This document shows positions 19,597-28,853 of a DNA stretch of 64,000 nt, one piece after another. Numbering within the stretch: the first letter of the stretch is position 1; every line of letters begins with the position of its first letter. The position numbers and the translations under genes were made by a program. The notes under the pieces were generated by a model. It was not told the DNA's origin, did not search any database, and was given only the letters and a program-made list of their open reading frames with translations. The stretch comes from SAR202 cluster bacterium (GTDB lineage Bacteria > Chloroflexota > Dehalococcoidia > Lucifugimonadales > VXLM01). The stretch spans positions 4,066 through 68,065 of the forward strand of contig JAKUTR010000012.1 in assembly GCA_022448725.1 (NCBI GenBank). Reading direction: 5' to 3'.

Positions 19597-20466
19597 TCAC
19601 TTCAGCCCGAGAAGGCTAAGAGAGTCTCGATGAATGATGGCTTCAAGCTCATCGGTAGGAACTTCAGGCATATGATACTGCCGCGCAAACTCATTGAAGT
19701 TCTGAAGGAATTCAATTGTCTCTGCTGGCGTGGTAACTGGGAAATCACTGGCGAAAAGGAATTTATGCAGGACGCCCCACTCGTAAGCTAGACGGAAAGC
19801 ATTATATGCTTGTAAAGGACGTATCAAGGCTCCTGATACGTCAGCGTAAACATGTGGGTGCTTACGGATAACTGCTATACAATCAACGTGCCAAGGATGC
19901 GCGATATGAGCCATCACGACTCTCAACTCGGGGAACGCCATAGCAATTTCGTCCATAACCAATGGATGAGCGTAGCGAAGTGGGGATTGAGGGTATGGAG
20001 AAGTTCCCTGATGAAAAACAATTGGTAGACCTAGCGCTTGGGCTCGATCGTAAACTTTGAATGCGTTCTCGCTCTTCGGATCAAAATCTTGGTAGTTAGG
20101 TCCTAGTTTTATACCTCTTAGACCCAGTTGATCAACACAACGCTCAATTTCTTGGAGCACATCTGCTTCATCCGGATGGACGGACATAAAGCCTATAATC
20201 TTATCGGGAGCGCGGGAGACTACTTTAGCGGCGGTATCATTAACGTCGCCTTTCCAGGGGAAGACAGGGGAATCTTCATCCGTGGGACGTCTACGGATAC
20301 CAAAAACGAAAGCGGTATCAACTGTTTCCATACCAGCAAGATAATCATCTACATTCGTAGAAAGGCGTACTCTCTCACCCGGCCTCATCTGGGTATCTTC
20401 CTTAATGTCATCACTAGGAATTGTGTCCATGTGGGTAGGTATATGAGTGTGCACATCTACTATCAT
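19597..20466 (-). CDS. Amidohydrolase family protein (Amidohydro_2)
   Basis: IVDVHTH, GIKLGP, VFHQG, VMAHIAHP, FASDFP. Confidence 0.9.
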   Translation of the reverse strand: MIVDVHTHIPTHMDTIPSDDIKEDTQMRPGERVRLSTNVDDYLAGMETVDTAFVFGIRRRPTDEDSPVFPWKGDVNDTAAKVVSRAPDKIIGFMSVHPDEADVLQEIERCVDQLGLRGIKLGPNYQDFDPKSENAFKVYDRAQALGLPIVFHQGTSPYPQSPLRYAHPLVMDEIAMAFPELRVVMAHIAHPWHVDCIAVIRKHPHVYADVSGALIRPLQAYNAFRLAYEWGVLHKFLFASDFPVTTPAETIEFLQNFNEFARQYHMPEVPTDELEAIIHRDSLSLLGLK

Positions 20467-20585
20467 GATTCCTAAATGTCTCCTGAAATGGGAACCTTAA
20501 TTATGCTTGGATTCCCAGGCAGTCATCTGACGTTGGAAATCAGAGAAGTATCCTGACCGAATGCATGGTTCGAACAGGCCAAGGG

Positions 20586-21338
20586 CTAAGCCGTTTCTAG
20601 GATCTTGTGGGTTTTTTCACGTAGTTTCTCAGTCTGGGTGAACAGTGAGCGAATCTTTGCGTCAAACTCTGCCACACATGCTAGTGGCGTTTTTTGGGTC
20701 GTATCGATCGTGATCCGACGAGAGATCGATGATGCCTCAACTTCCTGTTGAAACCTTGTAAGAACGGTCTCGACATCACCATCCTTCACAAGCGCATTTG
20801 GATGTGGATCATCTTTCATACGTTGTCTGATTACCTCGGCTGAAGCCGTAACATGCACCAGAACAATCGCGGGAGAAAGTTGCTGCAAATGAGACTCCCA
20901 AATACGTGCAAGATGTTGTCGGTCTCCATAGATCCCCTCGTGCCCGTAGTCAAGGTAGAGAGGTGCGTAGACCGCCTCATCGAAATGTAGGCCCACCATG
21001 AAATGATCTGCCGATTCGAAGAAGCCTTCCCTCAGGTGATACTCAATGTGGTACCTCTGAAACATCTCTTTCACCTTAACGTCCATCGACAACATTTCCT
21101 GTTGTCCTTCAGGATCTAGCCCTGTCATCGTAGGATCGGGACCAAGTCCTACCGACCAATTTGCGAACATCTCCTCCTGGGTCTTCTTCTGGATATCAGG
21201 GTGATTTAAATGTGGCCATTTGAAATGATCATGGATGCCTGGTTGAGGATTACCTAACGTCTTACGCGTCCATTCAACGACTCCATTAAGTAGAGTAGTT
21301 GTGCCGGCATATTCACATCCAACAAACAGTAAGTACAC
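20586..21338 (-). CDS. NMP/thymidylate-kinase-fold protein with degenerate P-loop (paralog C)
   Basis: GCEYAGTTTL, HDHF, QRYHIEYH, HFDEAVYAP, ASAEVIRQRM, IDTT. Confidence 0.75.
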   Translation of the reverse strand: MYLLFVGCEYAGTTTLLNGVVEWTRKTLGNPQPGIHDHFKWPHLNHPDIQKKTQEEMFANWSVGLGPDPTMTGLDPEGQQEMLSMDVKVKEMFQRYHIEYHLREGFFESADHFMVGLHFDEAVYAPLYLDYGHEGIYGDRQHLARIWESHLQQLSPAIVLVHVTASAEVIRQRMKDDPHPNALVKDGDVETVLTRFQQEVEASSISRRITIDTTQKTPLACVAEFDAKIRSLFTQTEKLREKTHKILETA

Positions 21339-21346
21339 TACGCGTA

Positions 21347-22117
21347 CTATCGCTCTGTTGCCGCAGCTATTTTCTTCTGCCGCTGGAACATTATCTTCTC
21401 GCGATCAGTATCGATAAGATGCTCTTCGATCTTTTCAGCGAATTCGGCAAGACTTTCTTCGGGCGTAGCATTCGTGGTATCTATCACGAATTTATGACGC
21501 AGCCAAGACACATCATACTGATGCTGGAACTCTGCCAGCACTCCCTCAACATCTCCTTCTTGCACAAGACCAAAGGGATGCGGGTTAGATTTTAAACGTT
21601 GTTTGATAGCCTCTGGCGATGCGGTAACCAATATCAGCACCGAGTCTGGTGCCTTATGCATAATGTCTGCTTCAACCCGCCTTGCCATCCAATCTCGATC
21701 AGCATACTCTCCGGGACCACCGTAGCCATAATATCGCGGTGCGTACACAGCCTCATTGATATGGAACCCAATGTTATTGTGGTGAGCATCCGCGTAGAAA
21801 GTTTCAGCGACGTGATACTCCATATGGTAGCGCTGGAACGCCTCTTGCTGTTTGAAACTAAGAGCCAAGAAGGCCTCATTCTCCTCATCAGTATGACCTG
21901 TTAGAGATGGATCAATTCCCTTGCCATCAAGGAATTCGTCTACCATTCCCTCCCTTGTTTTACCTGCTGGCGGCTCACCGGGATGCGAGACATGAGGAAT
22001 CTGCCAATGATCGTGGAAACCAAATTCGTCGCCAAGATTTTCCTTCGCCCACCGACTGATTAAATATCCAAGGGTCGAAGTACCAGAGTATTCGCATCCA
22101 ACCATAATTAGTCGCAT
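21347..22117 (-). CDS. NMP/thymidylate-kinase-fold protein with degenerate P-loop (paralog B)
   Basis: GCEYSGTSTL, HDHW, QRYHMEYH, HINEAVYAP, ASPEAIKQRL, IDTT; GGAGG SD. Confidence 0.75.
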   Translation of the reverse strand: MRLIMVGCEYSGTSTLGYLISRWAKENLGDEFGFHDHWQIPHVSHPGEPPAGKTREGMVDEFLDGKGIDPSLTGHTDEENEAFLALSFKQQEAFQRYHMEYHVAETFYADAHHNNIGFHINEAVYAPRYYGYGGPGEYADRDWMARRVEADIMHKAPDSVLILVTASPEAIKQRLKSNPHPFGLVQEGDVEGVLAEFQHQYDVSWLRHKFVIDTTNATPEESLAEFAEKIEEHLIDTDREKIMFQRQKKIAAATER

Positions 22118-22238
22118 TTAATACCTCCAGGCTAGCATTCGCGTAAGGGTAAAGCCTAACCGTGATGTTGTATAGAGGCAGATACCCTAATCCTACTGCT
22201 AGCTATGAAAAGGGATCCAACCATTGGTGGCCCTAGGT

Positions 22239-22913
22239 TTACTTGGCGCCCTGCAAAACAATACGCATGCGATCCGTATCAGTCAGATGTGGTTCGATCT
22301 GCTGAACAAACTCTGCCATAGTTTCCTCAATGGTTCCTACACTCGTGTCCAGCGTAATCTTGTGACGAAGAAGAGAGTAACTGATCTCTTCCTCAAAACG
22401 GGCCTGAACCATCTCAATATCGCTCTCTTCTAGAACTCCATACGGGTGTGGATTTTCTATCATTCTTTGACGTATCACCTCAGGAGATGCCTTGACATGG
22501 CACAAGACTATGTCCGGCACAGCATCCAGAAGCTTACGGTCCATCGCCTGAACGTATCCCCGTTTACGGGAGTAATTAAAGTAAATATCACCATAGATCG
22601 TATCCTCCCAATGAAGGCCAATAACAACCTTGTCATCCATTCCTGGAATCGCTGCAACATGATAGGCAATGTTGTGTCTTTGAAGGGCCTCCATCTGGCG
22701 AGGACTAAGCTTCATGTAAGCTTCGAGCTCATCAGGTGTAGCCTCTACAGGTGTAGTCGAATACTCAGGGTCATGACCAAAGGTATAAGGAATTTTAAAG
22801 TGGTCGTGGACAAGGTTGACGTGCCCCCCTATCACTTCATGGACCCATTCCTGTATACGGAACCCTAATGTTGTAGTACCTGAATACTCACATCCAAGGA
22901 GAATAACTCGCAT
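22239..22913 (-). CDS. NMP/thymidylate-kinase-fold protein with degenerate P-loop (paralog A)
   Basis: GCEYSGTTTL, HDHF, QRHNIAYH, HWEDTIYG, ASPEVIRQRM, LDTS. Confidence 0.75.
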   Translation of the reverse strand: MRVILLGCEYSGTTTLGFRIQEWVHEVIGGHVNLVHDHFKIPYTFGHDPEYSTTPVEATPDELEAYMKLSPRQMEALQRHNIAYHVAAIPGMDDKVVIGLHWEDTIYGDIYFNYSRKRGYVQAMDRKLLDAVPDIVLCHVKASPEVIRQRMIENPHPYGVLEESDIEMVQARFEEEISYSLLRHKITLDTSVGTIEETMAEFVQQIEPHLTDTDRMRIVLQGAK

Positions 22914-22951
22914 AATTGGTGACCTGTTACTAGTGGGATTAAGTGGCTATT

Positions 22952-23824
22952 CTACTCGTCGCGAACAAGGTTATACATCCAGGCTCTCATCTCATCTGCC
23001 ATGTCACCCCGATTAAGAGCTGCAAAAATCGATGCTTGCAGCATCCCTAAAGGCTCTCCAATGTCAAAATGAGTGCCTGGGAATCTGTAGGCATAGGCTT
23101 GATGTTTGGAGAGTAATGCAGATATAGCATCTGTGATCTGGATCTCTCCACCGACACCCAGTTTAGTCTGTTCAATCTGATCGAAGATACCCGCAGGTAA
23201 AATATAGCGTCCTACTATAGCAAGGTTAGACGGAGCATCTTCAAGAGGGGGTTTCTCCACCATCTCATCAATAACATAGCGCCGTCCATCTGAAGCGCTC
23301 ACGCTAACGATCCCTTTACTTGAAACCAGGCTATTAGCAACCTCTTCTACAGCGACAACAATCCCATTCGTCTCTGTATAGATGTCGATCATAGAACTAA
23401 TCGTCGGCGACTCATGCCAGATCAGGTCATCAGGAAAAAGGACGGCAAACGGTTCTTCGCCAACAAGTGGACGGGCCTGAAGAATTGCGTGACCGATACC
23501 TCTACGTTCATGCTGATATACATAGCTTATCCGGCTGGTTTCAGCAATTTCTATCATTCGGTTAAGTAAATCGAGCTTGCCTTGTTGCTGTAGGGTATCC
23601 TCAAGCTCCGTTAACCGATCAAAGTAAGTATTGATTGCCTCTTGCCCTTCTGAAATCACGAATACAAGATGGTCGATGCCAGATTCCAAAGCTTCGTCAA
23701 CAGCGAATTGTAGACCGGGAGTGTCTAGTACAGGTAAAAGCATTTTGGGCACAGCCCGCGTCACCGGGAGAAAACGAGTGCCGAATCCGGCTACAGGAAT
23801 TACAGCCTTACGGAGTTCAGGCAT
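22952..23824 (-). CDS. galU: UTP--glucose-1-phosphate uridylyltransferase
   Basis: KAVIPVAGFGTRFLPVT..PK, VEKP, GRY, GEIQITDA; GGAGG SD before ATG 23824. Confidence 0.92.
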   Translation of the reverse strand: MPELRKAVIPVAGFGTRFLPVTRAVPKMLLPVLDTPGLQFAVDEALESGIDHLVFVISEGQEAINTYFDRLTELEDTLQQQGKLDLLNRMIEIAETSRISYVYQHERRGIGHAILQARPLVGEEPFAVLFPDDLIWHESPTISSMIDIYTETNGIVVAVEEVANSLVSSKGIVSVSASDGRRYVIDEMVEKPPLEDAPSNLAIVGRYILPAGIFDQIEQTKLGVGGEIQITDAISALLSKHQAYAYRFPGTHFDIGEPLGMLQASIFAALNRGDMADEMRAWMYNLVRDE

Positions 23825-23980
23825 GTGTCCTCCATTAGTGGTAATAGTGGCCAAAAGTTGAATAACTACTGTACAGGATTATAGTTAGCCTACCCAGATC
23901 GATTCAATCACCAGACGGCAGTCCTATCCATCAGCGTGGGACGTTTGATAGGATTCCGAGATAGCGAGTTCGAGGTAACA

Positions 23981-24340
23981 ATGGCTCTAGCACAAGAGAA
24001 ATGTCTGGCATGCAGGCGGGATTCCCCACGGGTTACGGATCAAGAGATCGACGAGCTACTTCCGCAGATCCCACTATGGACATTGACAGAGATGGATCAG
24101 ATAAAGCGTCTCGAAAGAACAATTAGGTTTCGATGCTTTCAGGATGCTATGGCCTTCAGTAACGCTGTGGCAGAAATAGCAGAACAGGCAGGTCACCACC
24201 CAAGAATAATCACCGAATGGGGAAGGGTCAACATAGCTTGGTGGACACACAAGATTCAAGGATTGCATCGTAACGATTTTGTAATGGCTGCAAGAACTGA
24301 TGCATTAGACTGTAATCCTATATCTGAGACCACCAGTTGA
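23981..24340 (+). CDS. phhB: Pterin-4-alpha-carbinolamine dehydratase
   Basis: AEQAGHHP, WWTHKIQGLHRNDFVMAARTD; GAGG SD before ATG 23981. Confidence 0.9.
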   Translation: MALAQEKCLACRRDSPRVTDQEIDELLPQIPLWTLTEMDQIKRLERTIRFRCFQDAMAFSNAVAEIAEQAGHHPRIITEWGRVNIAWWTHKIQGLHRNDFVMAARTDALDCNPISETTS

Positions 24341-24372
24341 AAACCTTGGTACTGATGTGCTAATATACGTGG

Positions 24373-24400
24373 AGGGATGGAGTTCTCCATCCCTTTTTTT
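24373..24400 (+). terminator. Intrinsic terminator hairpin between phhB and purA
   Basis: GGGATGGA-GTTC-TCCATCCC followed by T7. Confidence 0.8.
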
Positions 24401-24448
24401 GTGTCAAAAGATATGCCCTTTAAATAGAGAAAGAAGGTAGCCAGTAAT

Positions 24449-25726
24449 ATGGCAGTCAGTGCGGTACTAGGTGCCCAATGGGGAGACGAAGGCAAAGGCA
24501 AGATAGTAGACGTCCTTGCTAGAGACGCTGATATCGTTGCCCGATTCTCTGGGGGTAACAACGCTGGACACACTGTAATTACAGAGAAGGGAGAGTTCAA
24601 ATTTCATCTTCTCCCTTCCGGAGTTGTTTGGCCTCACTCGCTAAATGTAATTGGTAACGGGGTAGTCGTTGACCCTGACGTTCTATTAACCGAAATCGCA
24701 GGGCTGAAGCAACGCGATATCGGTATAGAAAAACGTCTCGTCGTAAGTGAGAGATCTCACCTCGTTATGCCCTACCACGTAGTTCTTGACGAACTTTCTG
24801 AGAAAGCAAAAGGACGAGAAGCAATTGGGACAACAGGACGTGGAATCGGTCCGGCATATGCTGACAAGGCCTCTCGAATTGGCATCCGGGCGACCGAACT
24901 CCTAGATATCGAGGCTCTTTTCCCCAGGCTGGAAGTTGTCGTCAACCACCACAACGCGATCATAACAAAGGTCTATGGTGGTGAAGCGTTGGATTTACTG
25001 GAGATCTTTGAAAAGTGCAAACTGTGGTCCGACAAGCTATCCGAATACATTGGACCTGTTGAACATATCATGTTCGACTCAGTCAATTCCGGGAAAAAGA
25101 TCATTATTGAGGGGGCCCAAGGCGCACTACTGGACTTAGACCATGGGACATACCCTTTCGTCACCTCGTCTCATCCAACTATTGGGGGCGCTATGACTGG
25201 CCTGGGGCTCTTGCCCGGTCAAATCGATGAGGTTCTAGGTGTCTTCAAAGCTTACAGCACGCGTGTGGGCGGCGGGCCATTTGTAACCGAGTTACACGAC
25301 AATACAGGTGACGAGATCCGTAACCGAGCTCAGGAGTTTGGCACCACGACTGGGAGGCCACGCCGAGTTGGCTGGTTCGACTCTGTTGTTGGGAGATACA
25401 GTGCCCGTATCAACGGATACACTGACATGATTTTGACTCGCCTAGACGTGCTCGACATATTTGACTCAATCAAGGTTTGCAGTTCATATGAACTTGATGA
25501 CACTGTTGTCTGGGACTTTCCTGGTAACGCATCTACTCTAGAGCGTTGCATACCGATCTACGAAGAACTTCCAGGCTGGGACACCCCAACTGCGGGTGTC
25601 ACGAAAATAGACGACCTTCCAAAAAACGCACGTAGGTACGTGGACCGCATCAGTGAGCTAGTGGGGGCTCCCGTAAAGATTATATCTACCGGACCGCACC
25701 GGGACGAAACGATTCACGTCTCCTGA
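24449..25726 (+). CDS. purA: Adenylosuccinate synthetase
   Basis: QWGDEGKGK, GGNNAGHT, GTTGRGIGPAY, EFGTTTGRPRR. Confidence 0.98.
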   Translation: MAVSAVLGAQWGDEGKGKIVDVLARDADIVARFSGGNNAGHTVITEKGEFKFHLLPSGVVWPHSLNVIGNGVVVDPDVLLTEIAGLKQRDIGIEKRLVVSERSHLVMPYHVVLDELSEKAKGREAIGTTGRGIGPAYADKASRIGIRATELLDIEALFPRLEVVVNHHNAIITKVYGGEALDLLEIFEKCKLWSDKLSEYIGPVEHIMFDSVNSGKKIIIEGAQGALLDLDHGTYPFVTSSHPTIGGAMTGLGLLPGQIDEVLGVFKAYSTRVGGGPFVTELHDNTGDEIRNRAQEFGTTTGRPRRVGWFDSVVGRYSARINGYTDMILTRLDVLDIFDSIKVCSSYELDDTVVWDFPGNASTLERCIPIYEELPGWDTPTAGVTKIDDLPKNARRYVDRISELVGAPVKIISTGPHRDETIHVS

Positions 25727-25759
25727 ACCACTGGATATAACTAACCGAGTTTCAGACAG

Positions 25760-26656
25760 TTACTCTACAGGCAGTCCAACTTCGTAGGTATCCATTACTT
25801 TGTCAAACTTGGCTTTGAAGTCCTCATCAGGAGGAGCCATCGGGAGACGAGTAGGACCAGCAAAAAAACCGGACCTGTTAACAGCGTATTTAATCGGCAC
25901 GGGATTCGTAACCCAGAAAAGAGCCTTGAAGATTGGTAGCAGCCTCCTGTGCTCAGCGGCAGCACGTTCTACTTCACCTTCAAGAATCATCCCCATCATG
26001 CCCTTAATTTGATCACCTATAATATTCCCAGCGACACTGACAATCCCATATCCGCCGACACACATAACCGAAAAAGTCTCATCATCGTTGCCAGACCAGA
26101 CCCTGAAACCATCAGGAGCGCCATCGATAATTCTAGCGATTTGTACGGGGTCACTCGATGCTTCTTTTACACCAACGATGTTGTCTATTTCCGCCAATTT
26201 TAGGGTCGTTCCATCTTCCATATTCAAAGAGGTGCGCGATGGTACGTTGTACAACATACAAGGCAGCGAGGTAACCTCGGCAAGAGCCTTGAAGTGTAAA
26301 TAAAGACCTTCTTGCTGAGGCTTGTTGTACGCCGGGACCGTAAAAAGGAACCCATCAACCCCTAGTTTTTCAGCTTCTTGGGTTAGCTCTTTCGATGCGA
26401 GATGGTTATTATCAGTTGTACCAGCTATGATGGCGACATCGGTACCAACTGCGTCCTTGACCTCACCGAACAGTTTTAGTTTCTCCTCATCAGACATCGA
26501 AGGAGACTCTCCAGTTGTCCCTCCGATAACTAGCCCATCATTACCAGACGCTATGAGCGCCTTGGCTAAGTTACCGGCCTGTTGATAATTGATCTCCCCA
26601 TCCTCTGTCATGGGCGTGATCATAGCTGTAAGTAGGCGTCCTATTTCAGCTGGCAT
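25760..26656 (-). CDS. dapA: 4-hydroxy-tetrahydrodipicolinate synthase
   Basis: GTTGES, LYNVPSRT, GVKEA, NPVPIK; clustered with asd and dapB. Confidence 0.95.
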   Translation of the reverse strand: MPAEIGRLLTAMITPMTEDGEINYQQAGNLAKALIASGNDGLVIGGTTGESPSMSDEEKLKLFGEVKDAVGTDVAIIAGTTDNNHLASKELTQEAEKLGVDGFLFTVPAYNKPQQEGLYLHFKALAEVTSLPCMLYNVPSRTSLNMEDGTTLKLAEIDNIVGVKEASSDPVQIARIIDGAPDGFRVWSGNDDETFSVMCVGGYGIVSVAGNIIGDQIKGMMGMILEGEVERAAAEHRRLLPIFKALFWVTNPVPIKYAVNRSGFFAGPTRLPMAPPDEDFKAKFDKVMDTYEVGLPVE

Positions 26657-26660
26657 CCGA

Positions 26661-27695
26661 TTAAACCCTCCCTGTCAACTTGCCCAAGAGATTTCTACTC
26701 AATAACTGTTCAGCAATTTGGATTGCGTTGAGAGCAGCGCCTTTCCTTAAGTTATCAGATGCAATCCACAACACGACGCCATTGGGATTCGACGTATCTT
26801 GACGAATCCGCCCGACCAAGACATCATCGATGCCTTCCGCGTCGAGAGGCATAGGATAACTATTCCTTAGAGGGTCGTCTACTACCTTGATCCCAGGTGC
26901 AGCTGAGAGAACCTCACGAACCTTCTGCAAATCAACTGGCTCATTAAACTCAATATTTACAGCCTCACTGTGACCTACCATTACTGGGACACGGACACAT
27001 GTAGCTGAAACCTGCAAATCGGGAAGATGGAGAATCTTACGAGTCTCATTTACCATCTTCATCTCTTCACTGGTGTACCCGTTCTCCTGAAAAGATTCTA
27101 CGTGGGGAATCACATTGAAAGCGATCTGATGTGGATACACTGTGGGCGTGGGTAAGCTATCTGCAGATCCGACTTGAACTTGGCTTCGAAGCTCCTCCAT
27201 AGCCGCCGCTCCGGTTCCGGAAACTGACTGGTAAGTTGAAGCGATCACTCTTTGAATCGATGTCATGTGATTAAGTGGGTTAAGAACCATTACAAGCGGA
27301 GCAGTGGAACAGTTCGGCACAGCGATAACTCCGGCATGCTGAGTAAGATCTTCACCATTTATTTCAGGAACCACCAGAGGGACATCAGGCTTCGCCCGAA
27401 ACGCAGAACTATTATCGATTACGACCGCTCCCTGGTCGACCGCTATCGGAGTGATATCTCGACTGGTGTCGCTCCCAGCTGACACAAAAACAATGTCAGT
27501 TTCCTGAAACAACTGCGGGGTTGCTGGCTCAACAATGAGATCTCTATCAGAAACCTTCATCTTCTTGCCCCATGACCGTTCGGAGGCACATAGCCGAATA
27601 CTTCGAGCGGGGAAATTCCGTTCCTCCAACAAGTGGAGAAAGACAGAGCCAACCGCGCCTGTCGCTCCAACGATCGCGATACTACAACCGTCCAT
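26661..27695 (-). CDS. asd: Aspartate-semialdehyde dehydrogenase
   Basis: GATGAVG, PNCST, YQSVSGTG, DNLRKGAALN. Confidence 0.97.
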   Translation of the reverse strand: MDGCSIAIVGATGAVGSVFLHLLEERNFPARSIRLCASERSWGKKMKVSDRDLIVEPATPQLFQETDIVFVSAGSDTSRDITPIAVDQGAVVIDNSSAFRAKPDVPLVVPEINGEDLTQHAGVIAVPNCSTAPLVMVLNPLNHMTSIQRVIASTYQSVSGTGAAAMEELRSQVQVGSADSLPTPTVYPHQIAFNVIPHVESFQENGYTSEEMKMVNETRKILHLPDLQVSATCVRVPVMVGHSEAVNIEFNEPVDLQKVREVLSAAPGIKVVDDPLRNSYPMPLDAEGIDDVLVGRIRQDTSNPNGVVLWIASDNLRKGAALNAIQIAEQLLSRNLLGKLTGRV

Positions 27696-27926
27696 GGATA
27701 CCTCTCACCAGATCAATAATAGCCCGTTATCCATTAGGATTCTACAGATCGATGTCCCCGTTCCCATTGTCACATCTGCACTCAAAGAATGCGCATCCGA
27801 TTAGTAAAGAGGTGTAGTTTAGATTAGTCAAGAACACCCTCAAAAACTACCGTCATCTACCTTTCAGGTATGTTCGCCTATCCATTCAGGGTGATAGTAC
27901 GCATTGGAAACGATGAATCTACGCTG

Positions 27927-28721
27927 TTAAAGGCCCATAATCTTGTCAAGTCCTATAGTAAGGCCTGGGCGACTCCTAATGGCTCGAACAGCCATCATAA
28001 CGCCAGGCATAAAGCTATCTCGATTTATAGAATCATGTCGGATAGTCAGAGTTTGACCAATGTGGCCAAACGTGAGTTCGTGATGTGCAACCCTGCCAGG
28101 CATACGAGCACTATGTATTGATACGCCGTCCAAGCTGGCTCCTCTTCCGCCTTGCACAAGTTCCTTCTCTGCAACGTTTTCAATAAACTGGTCTCCCCTA
28201 CCTTCAACAGCAGCTCGGGCAATTGCTAACGCCGTTCCAGACGGAGCATCAATCTTATTCTCATGGTGCATCTCTAGCAGATCAGCGTAATCGAAAAAGC
28301 GTGCTGCGACCTTAGCGAGGTGAATCATAACTACCCCACCAATCGCGAAATTCGGAGCAATGAGGATCCCGATATTGTTCTCGTCTGCCAGCTTCCGAGC
28401 TCGTTCAATCACCTGATCAGGTATCCCGGTTGATCCTATCACCAAGTTCACTTTCTGCTCGGCAGCTGCCTCAATAACATGGGCTGAACCGTCTCCACTA
28501 GTGAAGTCTACAATCACATCAGCACCACCGATCACGTCGGCAATTGATTTCGAAAGGGGTATACGATGCGATCCGTCAGGGAGATCCATTGTGTCATCGG
28601 GGGCAACAAGATCGGCAGCACCCACAGGATCCATATCAGGCTCTGAGCAAAGCGTTTCAAGAACCTGTCTGCCCATTCTACCGAAAACCCCTTGCACAGC
28701 GACCTTAATCTGATCAGCCAT
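27927..28721 (-). CDS. dapB: 4-hydroxy-tetrahydrodipicolinate reductase
   Basis: GVFGRMG, EMHHENKIDAPSGTA. Confidence 0.97.
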   Translation of the reverse strand: MADQIKVAVQGVFGRMGRQVLETLCSEPDMDPVGAADLVAPDDTMDLPDGSHRIPLSKSIADVIGGADVIVDFTSGDGSAHVIEAAAEQKVNLVIGSTGIPDQVIERARKLADENNIGILIAPNFAIGGVVMIHLAKVAARFFDYADLLEMHHENKIDAPSGTALAIARAAVEGRGDQFIENVAEKELVQGGRGASLDGVSIHSARMPGRVAHHELTFGHIGQTLTIRHDSINRDSFMPGVMMAVRAIRSRPGLTIGLDKIMGL

Positions 28722-28787
28722 GATCTGCCTCCATTTGTTACAAGAAGAAATCGTAACTTATCGCGCGAGGTCGCGCCAGCAGAGTAA

Positions 28788-28820
28788 ACGCTCCTTCACC
28801 CTTGATAGATGAAGAAGCGT
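28788..28820 (-). terminator. Stem-loop downstream of pnp, possible terminator
   Basis: Minus strand ACGCTTCTTCATC-N7-GGTGAAGGAGCGT, 13 bp with two G-U pairs; weak U tract. Confidence 0.45.
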
Positions 28821-28853
28821 CACAAATTGGATTTACATCCCATCGACGATGGA

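Noticed and set aside
27696..27926. Possible lysine riboswitch between dapB and asd
   Set aside because: No recognisable L-box conserved segments or terminator. An Rfam covariance search would be needed to exclude it fully.
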